Of a stretch of DNA of 64,000 bases, positions 48,243 to 56,732 are shown piece by piece. Position 1 is the first letter of the stretch; every line of letters starts with the position of its first letter. The position numbers were made by a program, and so were the translations under genes. Origin of the DNA: an uncultured Muribaculaceae bacterium (GTDB taxonomy: Bacteria; Bacteroidota; Bacteroidia; Bacteroidales; Muribaculaceae); contig CANRCT010000003.1 of NCBI GenBank assembly GCA_947629175.1, forward strand, positions 16,271 to 80,270, written 5' to 3'. Under the pieces are notes generated by a model. It saw only the letters and a program-made list of their open reading frames with translations. It did not search any database and had not been told where the DNA came from.

Positions 48243-49625
48243 ATGACATCCATTTCCGACATTCTTACGCAGGTAGCCGACACTTTGTGCGGCTACCCGC
48301 TTTTCATTACCCTTATCGGGGGCGGCCTGTTCCTCTTCATTTATTCGGGTATGGTTTCGGTGCGCTTTCTCCCGGATGCGATATCAGCGCTGCGTGAAAG
48401 CCACGGCACTGACGGCTCCGGGCGCGGCATCACCTCCGCCCAGGCTTTGATGTCGGTAGTGGCAGCCACAGTCGGCATGGGCAATATAGCCGGTGTGGCG
48501 ATAGCCCTGGCCATGGGCGGTCCCGGCGCGATTTTCTGGATGTGGGTCAGCGCCATCGTCGGCATGAGTACGAAATACCATGAGGGAGTGCTCGCAATAC
48601 TCCACCGCTCCTCGCGACCCGACGGTACGCCTACCGGCGGCCCGATGTATATCATCACCTCGGGCCTCGGACGCCACTGGCGCCCGCTTGCCGTGATCTT
48701 CGCGATAGCCGGCATGTTCGGCACGCTTTGCATCATCAACGCCAATCAGCTCGCCGAAGCGCTCGCGTCGGCGGCTCAGTCGGCCGGACTGGCCGGTGAT
48801 TCGATGACAATGCGGATGTCAATCGGTGTTCTCATAGCTCTCACGGTAGGGTCGGTGGTGATGGGCGGCATAAAGAGAATAGCGTCGGTGGCGACAGTGC
48901 TTGTGCCGTTCATGGTGACGATTTACTTCATGATGGTGGCATATATCGTGATGACCGATATCGGGAATGTACCGGATGTATTTGCCTCCATATTCCGCGA
49001 AGCGTTCAGCCTCAGGGCCGGATGGGGCGCCCTTGCAGGAGTGGCTATAATCGGAGCCCGCAGAGCCGCTCTAGTCAACGATGCCGGGGTGGGAACAGCT
49101 TCGATCATGCACTCTACCTCTGCCAACAAAGAGCCCGTCAGGGAGGGATTGGTGGCGATGCTCGGGCCGGCCATTGATTCAGGATTCGTGTGCACTCTGA
49201 CAGCTGTCGCTCTCCTGCTCGCAGGCGATTTCAGCAAGGGCGGCACTCAAGGGCTCTCACTGGCTCTCGACGCATTCGGCCGCGCCATCCCGTTCGGCGA
49301 GTATATGCTGACGGCTGTCGTCACATGTTTCGCGCTGAGCTCCATGTTCACCTATTCGTTCTACGGCAGCCGCTGCGCGGCCTATCTGTTTGGCGACGGC
49401 AGCAGCCGATGGTACACTCTGGCTTTCACACTATCGCTCATACTTTTCGCCACTGTTCCCCTCAGTGCGGCTGTGGCCATGTGTGATCTGTTCTATGCCC
49501 TGATGGCATTTCCTACCATGTTCGCGCTCATCATGCTGCGCAAAAGTGTAAGGACTGCGACACGCAAATATTTCAACAATCCTCAAAAAAACTATGCTGA
49601 CACCCGAAGAGAAGCTGCAACTTGA
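48243..49625 (+). CDS. Alanine/glycine:cation symporter (AgcS family)
   Basis: ATVGMGNIAGVA, GGPGAIFWMW, GGPMY and MGGIKRIA motifs; ATG 48243. Confidence 0.9.
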   Translation: MTSISDILTQVADTLCGYPLFITLIGGGLFLFIYSGMVSVRFLPDAISALRESHGTDGSGRGITSAQALMSVVAATVGMGNIAGVAIALAMGGPGAIFWMWVSAIVGMSTKYHEGVLAILHRSSRPDGTPTGGPMYIITSGLGRHWRPLAVIFAIAGMFGTLCIINANQLAEALASAAQSAGLAGDSMTMRMSIGVLIALTVGSVVMGGIKRIASVATVLVPFMVTIYFMMVAYIVMTDIGNVPDVFASIFREAFSLRAGWGALAGVAIIGARRAALVNDAGVGTASIMHSTSANKEPVREGLVAMLGPAIDSGFVCTLTAVALLLAGDFSKGGTQGLSLALDAFGRAIPFGEYMLTAVVTCFALSSMFTYSFYGSRCAAYLFGDGSSRWYTLAFTLSLILFATVPLSAAVAMCDLFYALMAFPTMFALIMLRKSVRTATRKYFNNPQKNYADTRREAAT

Positions 49626-49917
49626 AGAGAAAGTCGTGGCAATGCTCAAGACCGTGTTTGATCCCGAGATCCCGGTCGACATATATAGCCTCGGACTTGT
49701 ATACAATATCGAAATAGACGATGACGCCAATCTGAAAATCGACATGACGCTCACCGCCCCCAACTGTCCGGCCGCCGATTTCATCATCGACGACGCCCGC
49801 ATAAAGCTCGAGAGCATTGAGGGAATAAAGAGCGTCGATATCCGTCTGGTGTTCGAACCGGTGTGGGACAAGGACATGATGAGCGACGAGGCCAAGCTCG
49901 ACCTTGGCTTCATGTGA
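49594..49917 (+). CDS. DUF59/SufT-like Fe-S assembly protein
   Basis: VFDPEIPVDIYSLGLVY, MTLTAPNCP and WDKDMMS motifs. Confidence 0.92.
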   Translation: MLTPEEKLQLEEKVVAMLKTVFDPEIPVDIYSLGLVYNIEIDDDANLKIDMTLTAPNCPAADFIIDDARIKLESIEGIKSVDIRLVFEPVWDKDMMSDEAKLDLGFM

Positions 49918-49937
49918 TTAAGTCAGGCTGCCTCGCA

Positions 49938-50687
49938 ATGGACAATAAAAAGGCATATTTCATTTCCGATATCCATCTTGGGGCAGGATGGATCGCTGAC
50001 CCGCGTGCCCATGAGCTTGCCATATCACGATGGATAAGCTCTCTTGCCGGCAAAGCGTCGGCTCTCTACATATTAGGCGATGCGATCGACTACTGGTATG
50101 AATACCGCACGGTGGTACCACGTGGTTTCGTGCGTTTTTTTGCCGCCATTGCATCGCTGACCGACGCTGGAATACCTGTCTATTGGCTCAAAGGAAATCA
50201 CGACATCTGGATATTCGACTATCTTCCCTCTGAAATAGGAGTAAAAGTGATTGACGGAGCATTGGATACTGAAATTCTCGGCCACCGGTTCTATCTCGAA
50301 CACGGGGATCTGAGCGGCGAACCGCGTCGGTCATATCGGCGGATGCAACGGATTTTCCGCAACCGGACGGCTCAACGGCTTTTCTCAGCCATTCATCCGC
50401 GGTGGACAGTTGGATTCGCCCACCGATGGTCATCGCATTCACGGCTCAACGGTAAGGAAGCCTCCGAAATGCTTCAGGCTGACGACCCGCTGATGCGCTT
50501 TGCTGAGCAATACAGAAAGGAGCATCCTGACACGGAATATTTCATATTCGGCCACAGACACATTCTTGTCGAAAAAACGTTGGCTCCCGACTGCCATCTG
50601 GTAATACTCGGTGAGGGATTCAGGCTCATGACTTATGGAGTATTTGACGGCGAATCTTTCAATATTCATAAAATTAAGCAATATTAA
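49938..50687 (+). CDS. lpxH: UDP-2,3-diacylglucosamine diphosphatase
   Basis: FISDIHLG, LGDAIDYW, GNHDIW, HGD and FGHRH metallophosphoesterase motifs; ATG 49938. Confidence 0.88.
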   Translation: MDNKKAYFISDIHLGAGWIADPRAHELAISRWISSLAGKASALYILGDAIDYWYEYRTVVPRGFVRFFAAIASLTDAGIPVYWLKGNHDIWIFDYLPSEIGVKVIDGALDTEILGHRFYLEHGDLSGEPRRSYRRMQRIFRNRTAQRLFSAIHPRWTVGFAHRWSSHSRLNGKEASEMLQADDPLMRFAEQYRKEHPDTEYFIFGHRHILVEKTLAPDCHLVILGEGFRLMTYGVFDGESFNIHKIKQY

Positions 50688-50802
50688 CAAACGGCCGTCG
50701 TTTTACCATCAAGCACTTGTCGACTGTATATCAACAGATTGAGTCCAAAGCTCGCTCAATTGTGCGTAATAATGATGTTTCACAACATATTTATTTATTA
50801 GA

Positions 50803-50837
50803 TGGTGACAGAATTAAGGCATACCTTTGTGTCACCA
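50803..50837 (+). promoter_or_regulatory. Promoter TACCTTTG (50822-50829) bracketed by an 8-bp inverted repeat
   Basis: TGGTGACA 50803-50810 and TGTCACCA 50830-50837. Confidence 0.6.
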
Positions 50838-50921
50838 AACTAAAACAATCTTTTTTACCTTAGAAATTCTACCTTATTGAAAATCATGAAAGAGGATTCC
50901 GACGTTTCGGAATCCTCTTTT
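50836..50921 (+). ncRNA. Candidate ~85-nt trans-acting sRNA
   Basis: Consensus -7 element upstream, perfect 14-bp terminator as 3' end, no ORF contained between them. Confidence 0.6.
50889..50921. terminator. Perfect 14-bp intrinsic terminator
   Basis: AAAGAGGATTCCGA-cgtt-TCGGAATCCTCTTT followed by T. Confidence 0.9.
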
Positions 50922-51049
50922 ATATTTCCACATGACCTGCATAAGTCCCCGACGATAGAAGCTATCGTATCTTTCCATCAAAAAATATAGCACCGCCCTC
51001 CGAAGCAGGCTTACTTTGCAGCCTGAAAAGACTAAACGAATACGACACT

Positions 51050-51241
51050 ATGTACAGACCATTACTCACCTGGGCCATTATGGCAGCAATATTTATACTG
51101 CTGTTTATCCTGAAAGGCACAGGCTTGTTCCGACGGCATCACAAGAAGAGCCTCATCGAGATATCAACCGAACGTGAAGAATTTTTCGTACCGGGCGATC
51201 TTACGAGCCATGACAGAAGCAGAGACTATGAAGACTTCTGA
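51050..51241 (+). CDS. 63-aa single-pass membrane protein upstream of the ThrE pair
   Basis: A-rich leader, TM LLTWAIMAAIFILLFIL, basic RRHHKK; overlaps the next gene start. Confidence 0.5.
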   Translation: MYRPLLTWAIMAAIFILLFILKGTGLFRRHHKKSLIEISTEREEFFVPGDLTSHDRSRDYEDF

Positions 51242-52004
51242 GCATGATACGGATAAGGTGAGAGAGCTTCTGACCGACTATGCCGGCTGGCTGCTCGGAT
51301 GCGGAGCCACATGCATAAGACTTGAAAAGAATCTCCGGCGGATCGCCGATGCCTATGGCCAGAACCTGGAACTCACCATCACCCCGCACCACGTGCACAT
51401 CGCCATTGCAGACCGCCGCGACAGAGTGGTGTTCACCTCTATAGCTGCTGCCCGCGGAGGCGTCACAAGTTTTGACACCATAACCCGCCTGAGCGCTTTC
51501 AGCTGGAGAATTGCCGACACTGATATGAATATCGACGAGGCCCGACGCCATTTTGACAGCATAGTCAGCGAAAAACCTCGCCATCAGTGGGCCGTGGCTC
51601 CGCTGGTCGCCTTGGCCAACGCATCGTTCTGCCGCCTGTTTGGAGGCGATGCCGCAGCCATGGCGGTGGTATTTGTAGCCACTCTTGCCGGCTATTGTCT
51701 GAAACTATGGCTGTGCGGACTTCACACTGATATCAGACTCGTTTTTCTCTCATGCTCATTCGTGTCGTCAGTGATCGGGGCTTCCGGATATTTTTTCGGA
51801 CTCGGATCCACTCCTCAGCTTGCTGTCGGTACGAGCATACTGTATCTCATACCGGGAGTGCCGTTTCTCAATTCGTTCAGCGACATGCTCCATAGATTCT
51901 ATCTGTGTTCGCTCGGACGGCTCATGGATGCATTGGTGCTGACGGCTTGTCTGTCGATCGGATTATGTGCCGGAATGATGGCTACGGGGACAGGCATGTT
52001 CTGA
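51228..52004 (+). CDS. ThrE-family exporter, large subunit
   Basis: LLGCGATCIRLEKN, NASFCRLFGGD and LYLIPGVP motifs; start at 51228 or 51210. Confidence 0.88.
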   Translation: MKTSEHDTDKVRELLTDYAGWLLGCGATCIRLEKNLRRIADAYGQNLELTITPHHVHIAIADRRDRVVFTSIAAARGGVTSFDTITRLSAFSWRIADTDMNIDEARRHFDSIVSEKPRHQWAVAPLVALANASFCRLFGGDAAAMAVVFVATLAGYCLKLWLCGLHTDIRLVFLSCSFVSSVIGASGYFFGLGSTPQLAVGTSILYLIPGVPFLNSFSDMLHRFYLCSLGRLMDALVLTACLSIGLCAGMMATGTGMF

Positions 52005-52037
52005 ACAAAATCTGTTATTGCATATTATCAATATATC

Positions 52038-52520
52038 ATGGATCTGAATATTCTCTCCGACGCACTGTTTGCCGCTCTGGCGGCTGTAGGGTTCTCTTCG
52101 ATCAGCCGTCTGCCGTTGAGAGCTTATCCGTATTGTGCCGCGATAGCGGCGATCGGTCATTCATTGCGCTATTTACTGATGCTGAGCCCGGAACCTGCTT
52201 TGCATATTTTCTGGGCAAGCCTCATCGCATCGTTTGTGATCGGCGCGCTTGCCGTACTGTTGTCGCCGAAAGCACACACTCCTGCCGAAGCATGCTTTTT
52301 CCCTTCTCTGTTGCCCATGATTCCGGGCATGTATGCCTACAAAGCTTTCGGTGGACTGGCTGCCTGCGTGCTAAACGATGATCCTGATAAGTTCGGCTAT
52401 TATTTCTACCAGTTTGCAAGCAACGGGTTCGTGTGCCTCGCCGTTTTGGCCGCTATGGTTGTCGGAGCTACGCTACCATTGTTCATGTTCAAAAAAATCG
52501 CATATCAGGCCACCCGTTAA
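52038..52520 (+). CDS. ThrE-family exporter, small subunit (ThrE_2)
   Basis: FAALAAVGF, AAIGHSLRY and LPMIPGMYAY motifs. Confidence 0.88.
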   Translation: MDLNILSDALFAALAAVGFSSISRLPLRAYPYCAAIAAIGHSLRYLLMLSPEPALHIFWASLIASFVIGALAVLLSPKAHTPAEACFFPSLLPMIPGMYAYKAFGGLAACVLNDDPDKFGYYFYQFASNGFVCLAVLAAMVVGATLPLFMFKKIAYQATR

Positions 52521-52573
52521 CACGGATTATTTGCTACTTTTGTTTTTAACCGTCCTATACCTCAAAACTAACG

Positions 52574-53473
52574 ATGGAACTTCGTCAGATCAGATATTTC
52601 GTGAAACTCGCCGAATGCCTCAGTTTTTCCGAGGCGTCGCGATCGCTATGCATCACTCAGAGCACACTCTCCCAGCAGATAAAACAGCTTGAGACAGAAT
52701 TCGGCACACAGCTCTTCATACGCACCAGCCACAGCGTAGCCCTGACAGAGGCAGGGCTCGAACTGCTGCCGATGGCACGCCGGGCTATCCGTACGGCCGA
52801 CGACTGCCGCTCGCGCATCGAAGATCTGTCGCAACTCAGATGCGGCACGCTCAATATAGGCGTGACTTACTCTTTCAGCCCGATACTTACCGAAAGTATC
52901 GTTACGTTCATGAAACTGTATCCCGGCATCAAGCTCAATGTCCTCTACAAACCCATGTCGGAACTTATGGAGGCCATGAAGCGGAGGGAAGTGGACTTTG
53001 CGCTCGCGTTCAAGCCTCTCCAGCCTATTGAAGGAGTAGAATCACATATCCTTTTTCAAAGTTTTCTCGCAGCCATAGTGCGGCCTACCCATTCTCTCGC
53101 TTCGCATGAAAGGCTATCGCTTAACGATCTTTCCGCCTACGATCTCGCGCTTCCTGCCAAAGGACTACAGGCACGCAACGCTTTCGACAGCGTCGCCTCA
53201 CACCTGTCAAAGCCAAGGGTCAGAATAGAGCTGAATGAAGTGAACATATTGCTGAAACTCATCGGACAGACTGATCTCGTCACTATTCTGGCAGAAGCTA
53301 CCATTCATAATGTCAGTGGGGTGAAAGCCATCCCCCTCGATATACCCGACAATGTGATGACAGGTTGCGTCCACGTGCTTTCCGATTCTTACCGCAAGCA
53401 GTCAATGCAGGAATTTCTGCGTATTCTGAGCGATTCGATCGCGGTCAAGGAGAGGCAAAATGCATGGCTTTGA
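52574..53473 (+). CDS. LysR-family transcriptional regulator (CynR-like)
   Basis: MELRQIRYF..LAECLSFSEAS...TQSTLSQQIKQLE HTH and substrate-binding domain. Confidence 0.95.
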   Translation: MELRQIRYFVKLAECLSFSEASRSLCITQSTLSQQIKQLETEFGTQLFIRTSHSVALTEAGLELLPMARRAIRTADDCRSRIEDLSQLRCGTLNIGVTYSFSPILTESIVTFMKLYPGIKLNVLYKPMSELMEAMKRREVDFALAFKPLQPIEGVESHILFQSFLAAIVRPTHSLASHERLSLNDLSAYDLALPAKGLQARNAFDSVASHLSKPRVRIELNEVNILLKLIGQTDLVTILAEATIHNVSGVKAIPLDIPDNVMTGCVHVLSDSYRKQSMQEFLRILSDSIAVKERQNAWL

Positions 53474-53475
53474 TA

Positions 53476-53512
53476 GTCATACTCTTAAAATGACTGACTA
53501 TCCGAGTATGAC
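53476..53512. terminator. Inverted repeat between the convergent LysR and LuxR genes
   Basis: GTCATACTC/GAGTATGAC with a 19-nt loop. Confidence 0.45.
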
Positions 53513-53530
53513 AGAAACTTAAAACTTTTT

Positions 53531-54490
53531 TCACACCGGAGTGACTTCATTGACATCCACAAGATGATGTATAATAGCGAAAATGGTCAGTCCGGCAGCC
53601 GTATGAATCTCCAGCTTAGCGCTGATATTGCGGCGGTGGGTGGCGACGGTATGCACCGAAATGCATAATTCGTCGGCTATCTCCTTGTTGACTTTTCCTT
53701 GTGCCACTCCCCTGATGATCTCCTTCTCACGCTCACTGAGCAGAGCGAGCTGTGCCGATGTATCTCCGTCTACATCAGGCTCCAGACCCTCGCTTTCCGA
53801 CATCGAACGCCGCTTCTCCATCTCAAGCCGTTCTACGGCAGGGATGAAAAGCTGACTCTCTACGTCGAAATGGCGCAACATGTCGCGCTCGCACATTATT
53901 ATGTCGAACAGCACTCCGCTCAGTCGGTCGTTCTCCTTCTGCTTATAGTGATATATGAAGATATCCTTCAGCTCCTTGAGTTTCTCGGCCGTATCGACGT
54001 GGCCGGCCGAATAGCGCGCGATATTGAACTCCTCGTCGGCTTCGCCACGGATCAGACGCTCCACATAGCGGAATATGACATCGTTCTCATAATCCATGTG
54101 TTTCTTCACCTCTACCACATAATCGTCGTAAAACTTCATGAGCAGCAGAGCCGCCTCATTCGATGCCGAATAGTTGATGGCGTCGATCAGATAATGGCGT
54201 ATCTTCGGGAACTGCACGTCGAGAAACGACGTGTGGGCCCGTTTGAGATACCCCATCAGCGACTCCAGCGATATTTTCACCACATCATGAGGATAGCCGC
54301 TCAACAGATTGCATACGCACAGAAAAGTATCCGTATCGACTCCGTTTTCCCTGCACACCTGCGCTACCGTGCCGTCACCGAAGCCAAAAGCGATATCGAA
54401 ACGACTGATAGCCGGCAACAGCATGGCATTGTCGCGAATCAGCTCTCTCATTTTATTGGACGAGAGGTATCCTTGTTGCTTATCGATCAT
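53531..54490 (-). CDS. Regulator with RIC/ScdA-like N-terminus, hemerythrin-like domain and LuxR HTH
   Basis: FGFGDGTVAQVC (ScdA_N-like); H and HxxxE motifs (RAH, KKHMDYE, LRHFDVE); LSEREKEII...TVATHRRNI. The -7 element at 54522-54529 sits too close to ATG 54520, so 54490 is preferred. Confidence 0.82.
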   Translation of the reverse strand: MIDKQQGYLSSNKMRELIRDNAMLLPAISRFDIAFGFGDGTVAQVCRENGVDTDTFLCVCNLLSGYPHDVVKISLESLMGYLKRAHTSFLDVQFPKIRHYLIDAINYSASNEAALLLMKFYDDYVVEVKKHMDYENDVIFRYVERLIRGEADEEFNIARYSAGHVDTAEKLKELKDIFIYHYKQKENDRLSGVLFDIIMCERDMLRHFDVESQLFIPAVERLEMEKRRSMSESEGLEPDVDGDTSAQLALLSEREKEIIRGVAQGKVNKEIADELCISVHTVATHRRNISAKLEIHTAAGLTIFAIIHHLVDVNEVTPV

Positions 54491-54643
54491 AAAGGAACCA
54501 TCGGGCTGTGTTTTTCCCATGCAAAATTAATATCTAATATCTTCTCTGCAAATACCCGAAAGCGATGATAATATTCTTCCGACATGCCTCTATCTGTCGC
54601 GGTAGAGATACAAAAAGTCCGAAATTATCATTTCATCACGGTA

Positions 54644-54674
54644 TTGATATGCCTTGATGACAGATATAATTTTG
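54644..54674 (+). promoter_or_regulatory. Promoter of the PepSY/hmu-like operon
   Basis: TTG 54644-54646, 20-nt spacer, TAATTTTG 54667-54674. Confidence 0.65.
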
Positions 54675-54704
54675 CACTTGAAAAAATCAACCATCACAGA
54701 CTGA

Positions 54705-56231
54705 ATGAAATCCAACCGACATATTCTGACATGGAAAAACGTCCACAAATGGATCGGACTCGTGCTGACGGTATTTCTTTTTCTGTTCTGCCTTTCGGGT
54801 CTGGTGCTCAACCACCGGGGACTTTTCACGTCATGCTCGGTCAGCCGGTCGATACTCCCATGGGCATATCATATCAGAAATTTCAACAATGGCATCATAA
54901 AGGGCACAATCCCTTTTTCCGCCGACAAACTGCTTGCCTACGGCAACGCGGGCGTATGGCTTGCCGACCGGGAGCTCGCTTCGATATCAGACTTCAACGA
55001 CGGGCTGCCGGAAGGAGCCGACAACCGTAACATACGCAACATCATCCGTACGTCGGACGGCACGCTGTGGTGCGCCGCCCAGTTCGGCCTTTACCGGCTT
55101 GACGGTGGCAGCTGGACAAAAACGTCCCTGCCCGAAAACGACGAACGCATAGCCGACGTAACCGTCACGCCTGACAGTGCCGCCGTTGTGGTGATGAGCC
55201 GTTCGGCTATCTACCGGATGACCGGCCACGGATTTCAGCGTAAGGAGCTCGCTCCGCTCGAAGGCCACGCTGAAAAGGTGTCGCTCTTCAAGACCATCTG
55301 GCATCTGCACAGTGGGGATCTGTTCGGCATTGCCGGAAAAATAATAGTGGACATCATAGCGATAGTCATCATATTTCTCTGTCTGACCGGCATCGTGCTT
55401 TTCGTACTCCCTTATTCTATAAGAAAGGGAACCAAAGCAAAAGCCGTATCAAAGGCAAGAATGCTCAAATGGAACTTCAGATGGCACAATAAGGCCGGAT
55501 ACTATACAATAGTGCTGACACTGCTGATTGCCGTCACCGGAGCATGTCTGAGGCCTCCGCTGATGATCCCCCTCGTTATGGTCAAGACCGCTCCCCTCCC
55601 AGGCTCCACGCTTGACAGCGACAATGCCTGGCACGACAAGCTGCGCGGCATCCGTTGGGACGCCACAGAGGGCAACTGGCTGATATCCACTTCCGACGGC
55701 TTCATCCGTGCCGACAGGGATTTCACAGGTCAGCCGCAGAGCGTGGACTCCAAAACAACCCCTCCCGTCAGCCCTATGGGCATCAACGTATTCGAGCATG
55801 CCGGCGACGGCAAGTGGCTCATCGGATCTTTCAGCGGTCTGTATTTGTGGGATCCCCGCGAGGGCGCCGTCAATGACTATTTCACCGGCGCGCCATACAT
55901 GACTTCGCGCGGTGGCCGACCGGCTGTGGCGTCGCACCTCGTATCGGGCTACAGCTGCGATCTGACATGCGGCCATGCGGTATTTGACTACGTCAGGGGA
56001 GCCGATCCCCGGCTGAAAATGCCACAAGTGCTGGCCGAACAGCCGATGTCGCTCTGGAACTTCGCACTCGAGCTTCATGTGGGCCGCTGCTACTCCCCTT
56101 TCCTGGGACCGCTGTCGGATCTGTTCGTATTCCTTTCAGGCATGATACTGGCGATCGTGCTGATCTCGGGCCTCATAATCCACAACCGCATCAGCCGGAA
56201 AAACAAAACGCATAACCGAAAAACAATATAA
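54705..56231 (+). CDS. PepSY-associated TM protein (iron-regulated membrane protein family)
   Basis: Four TM helices with conserved His (HKWIG, WHLHSG, WHNKAG, ELHVGR) separated by two large periplasmic domains. Confidence 0.85.
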   Translation: MKSNRHILTWKNVHKWIGLVLTVFLFLFCLSGLVLNHRGLFTSCSVSRSILPWAYHIRNFNNGIIKGTIPFSADKLLAYGNAGVWLADRELASISDFNDGLPEGADNRNIRNIIRTSDGTLWCAAQFGLYRLDGGSWTKTSLPENDERIADVTVTPDSAAVVVMSRSAIYRMTGHGFQRKELAPLEGHAEKVSLFKTIWHLHSGDLFGIAGKIIVDIIAIVIIFLCLTGIVLFVLPYSIRKGTKAKAVSKARMLKWNFRWHNKAGYYTIVLTLLIAVTGACLRPPLMIPLVMVKTAPLPGSTLDSDNAWHDKLRGIRWDATEGNWLISTSDGFIRADRDFTGQPQSVDSKTTPPVSPMGINVFEHAGDGKWLIGSFSGLYLWDPREGAVNDYFTGAPYMTSRGGRPAVASHLVSGYSCDLTCGHAVFDYVRGADPRLKMPQVLAEQPMSLWNFALELHVGRCYSPFLGPLSDLFVFLSGMILAIVLISGLIIHNRISRKNKTHNRKTI

Positions 56232-56250
56232 ACAATAAAACAATAACGTA

Positions 56251-56727
56251 ATGAAAACAATCACTACCCTCTTCGCATCAATGATGCTCTTCGCCGGACT
56301 GACGGCCGCATTCACATCATGCTCCGACGAAAAGTACGAACCCGAAATCCCCGCGGCCAAGAGCGTGGCCGGAACCTATACCGGCGACATGTCATGCACC
56401 GTGATGGGCAGCGAATCGACATTCGAGAACATGACTTTCACGGTGACCGCAACGGACGACGCCACGGTGACCGTGAAGATCCCGACATTCGGCAACCCGC
56501 CGATGCAGGTGCCTGAGATCGACATCCAGGGCGTGAAGGTATCGGGCAGCGAAGGCACATACTCGCTTGCGTCGACCGAGTTCAGAGGCTCTACCGATGC
56601 CGGCCGCGAATATTCCGGCACCGTACAGGGGGCGTTTGCCGACAACACTCTCACCATACGGTTCAGCCTCCAGTACGGAGCCATGCCGATGCCGATGATC
56701 TGCGCATTCTCCGCCCCAAAACAATAA
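56251..56727 (+). CDS. Calycin-like beta-barrel lipoprotein, probably surface-exposed
   Basis: Lipobox FTSC (Cys24), acidic SDEKYEPE after the Cys, VAGTYTG, all-beta pattern and GAMPMP. Confidence 0.78.
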   Translation: MKTITTLFASMMLFAGLTAAFTSCSDEKYEPEIPAAKSVAGTYTGDMSCTVMGSESTFENMTFTVTATDDATVTVKIPTFGNPPMQVPEIDIQGVKVSGSEGTYSLASTEFRGSTDAGREYSGTVQGAFADNTLTIRFSLQYGAMPMPMICAFSAPKQ

Positions 56728-56732
56728 TTGTC

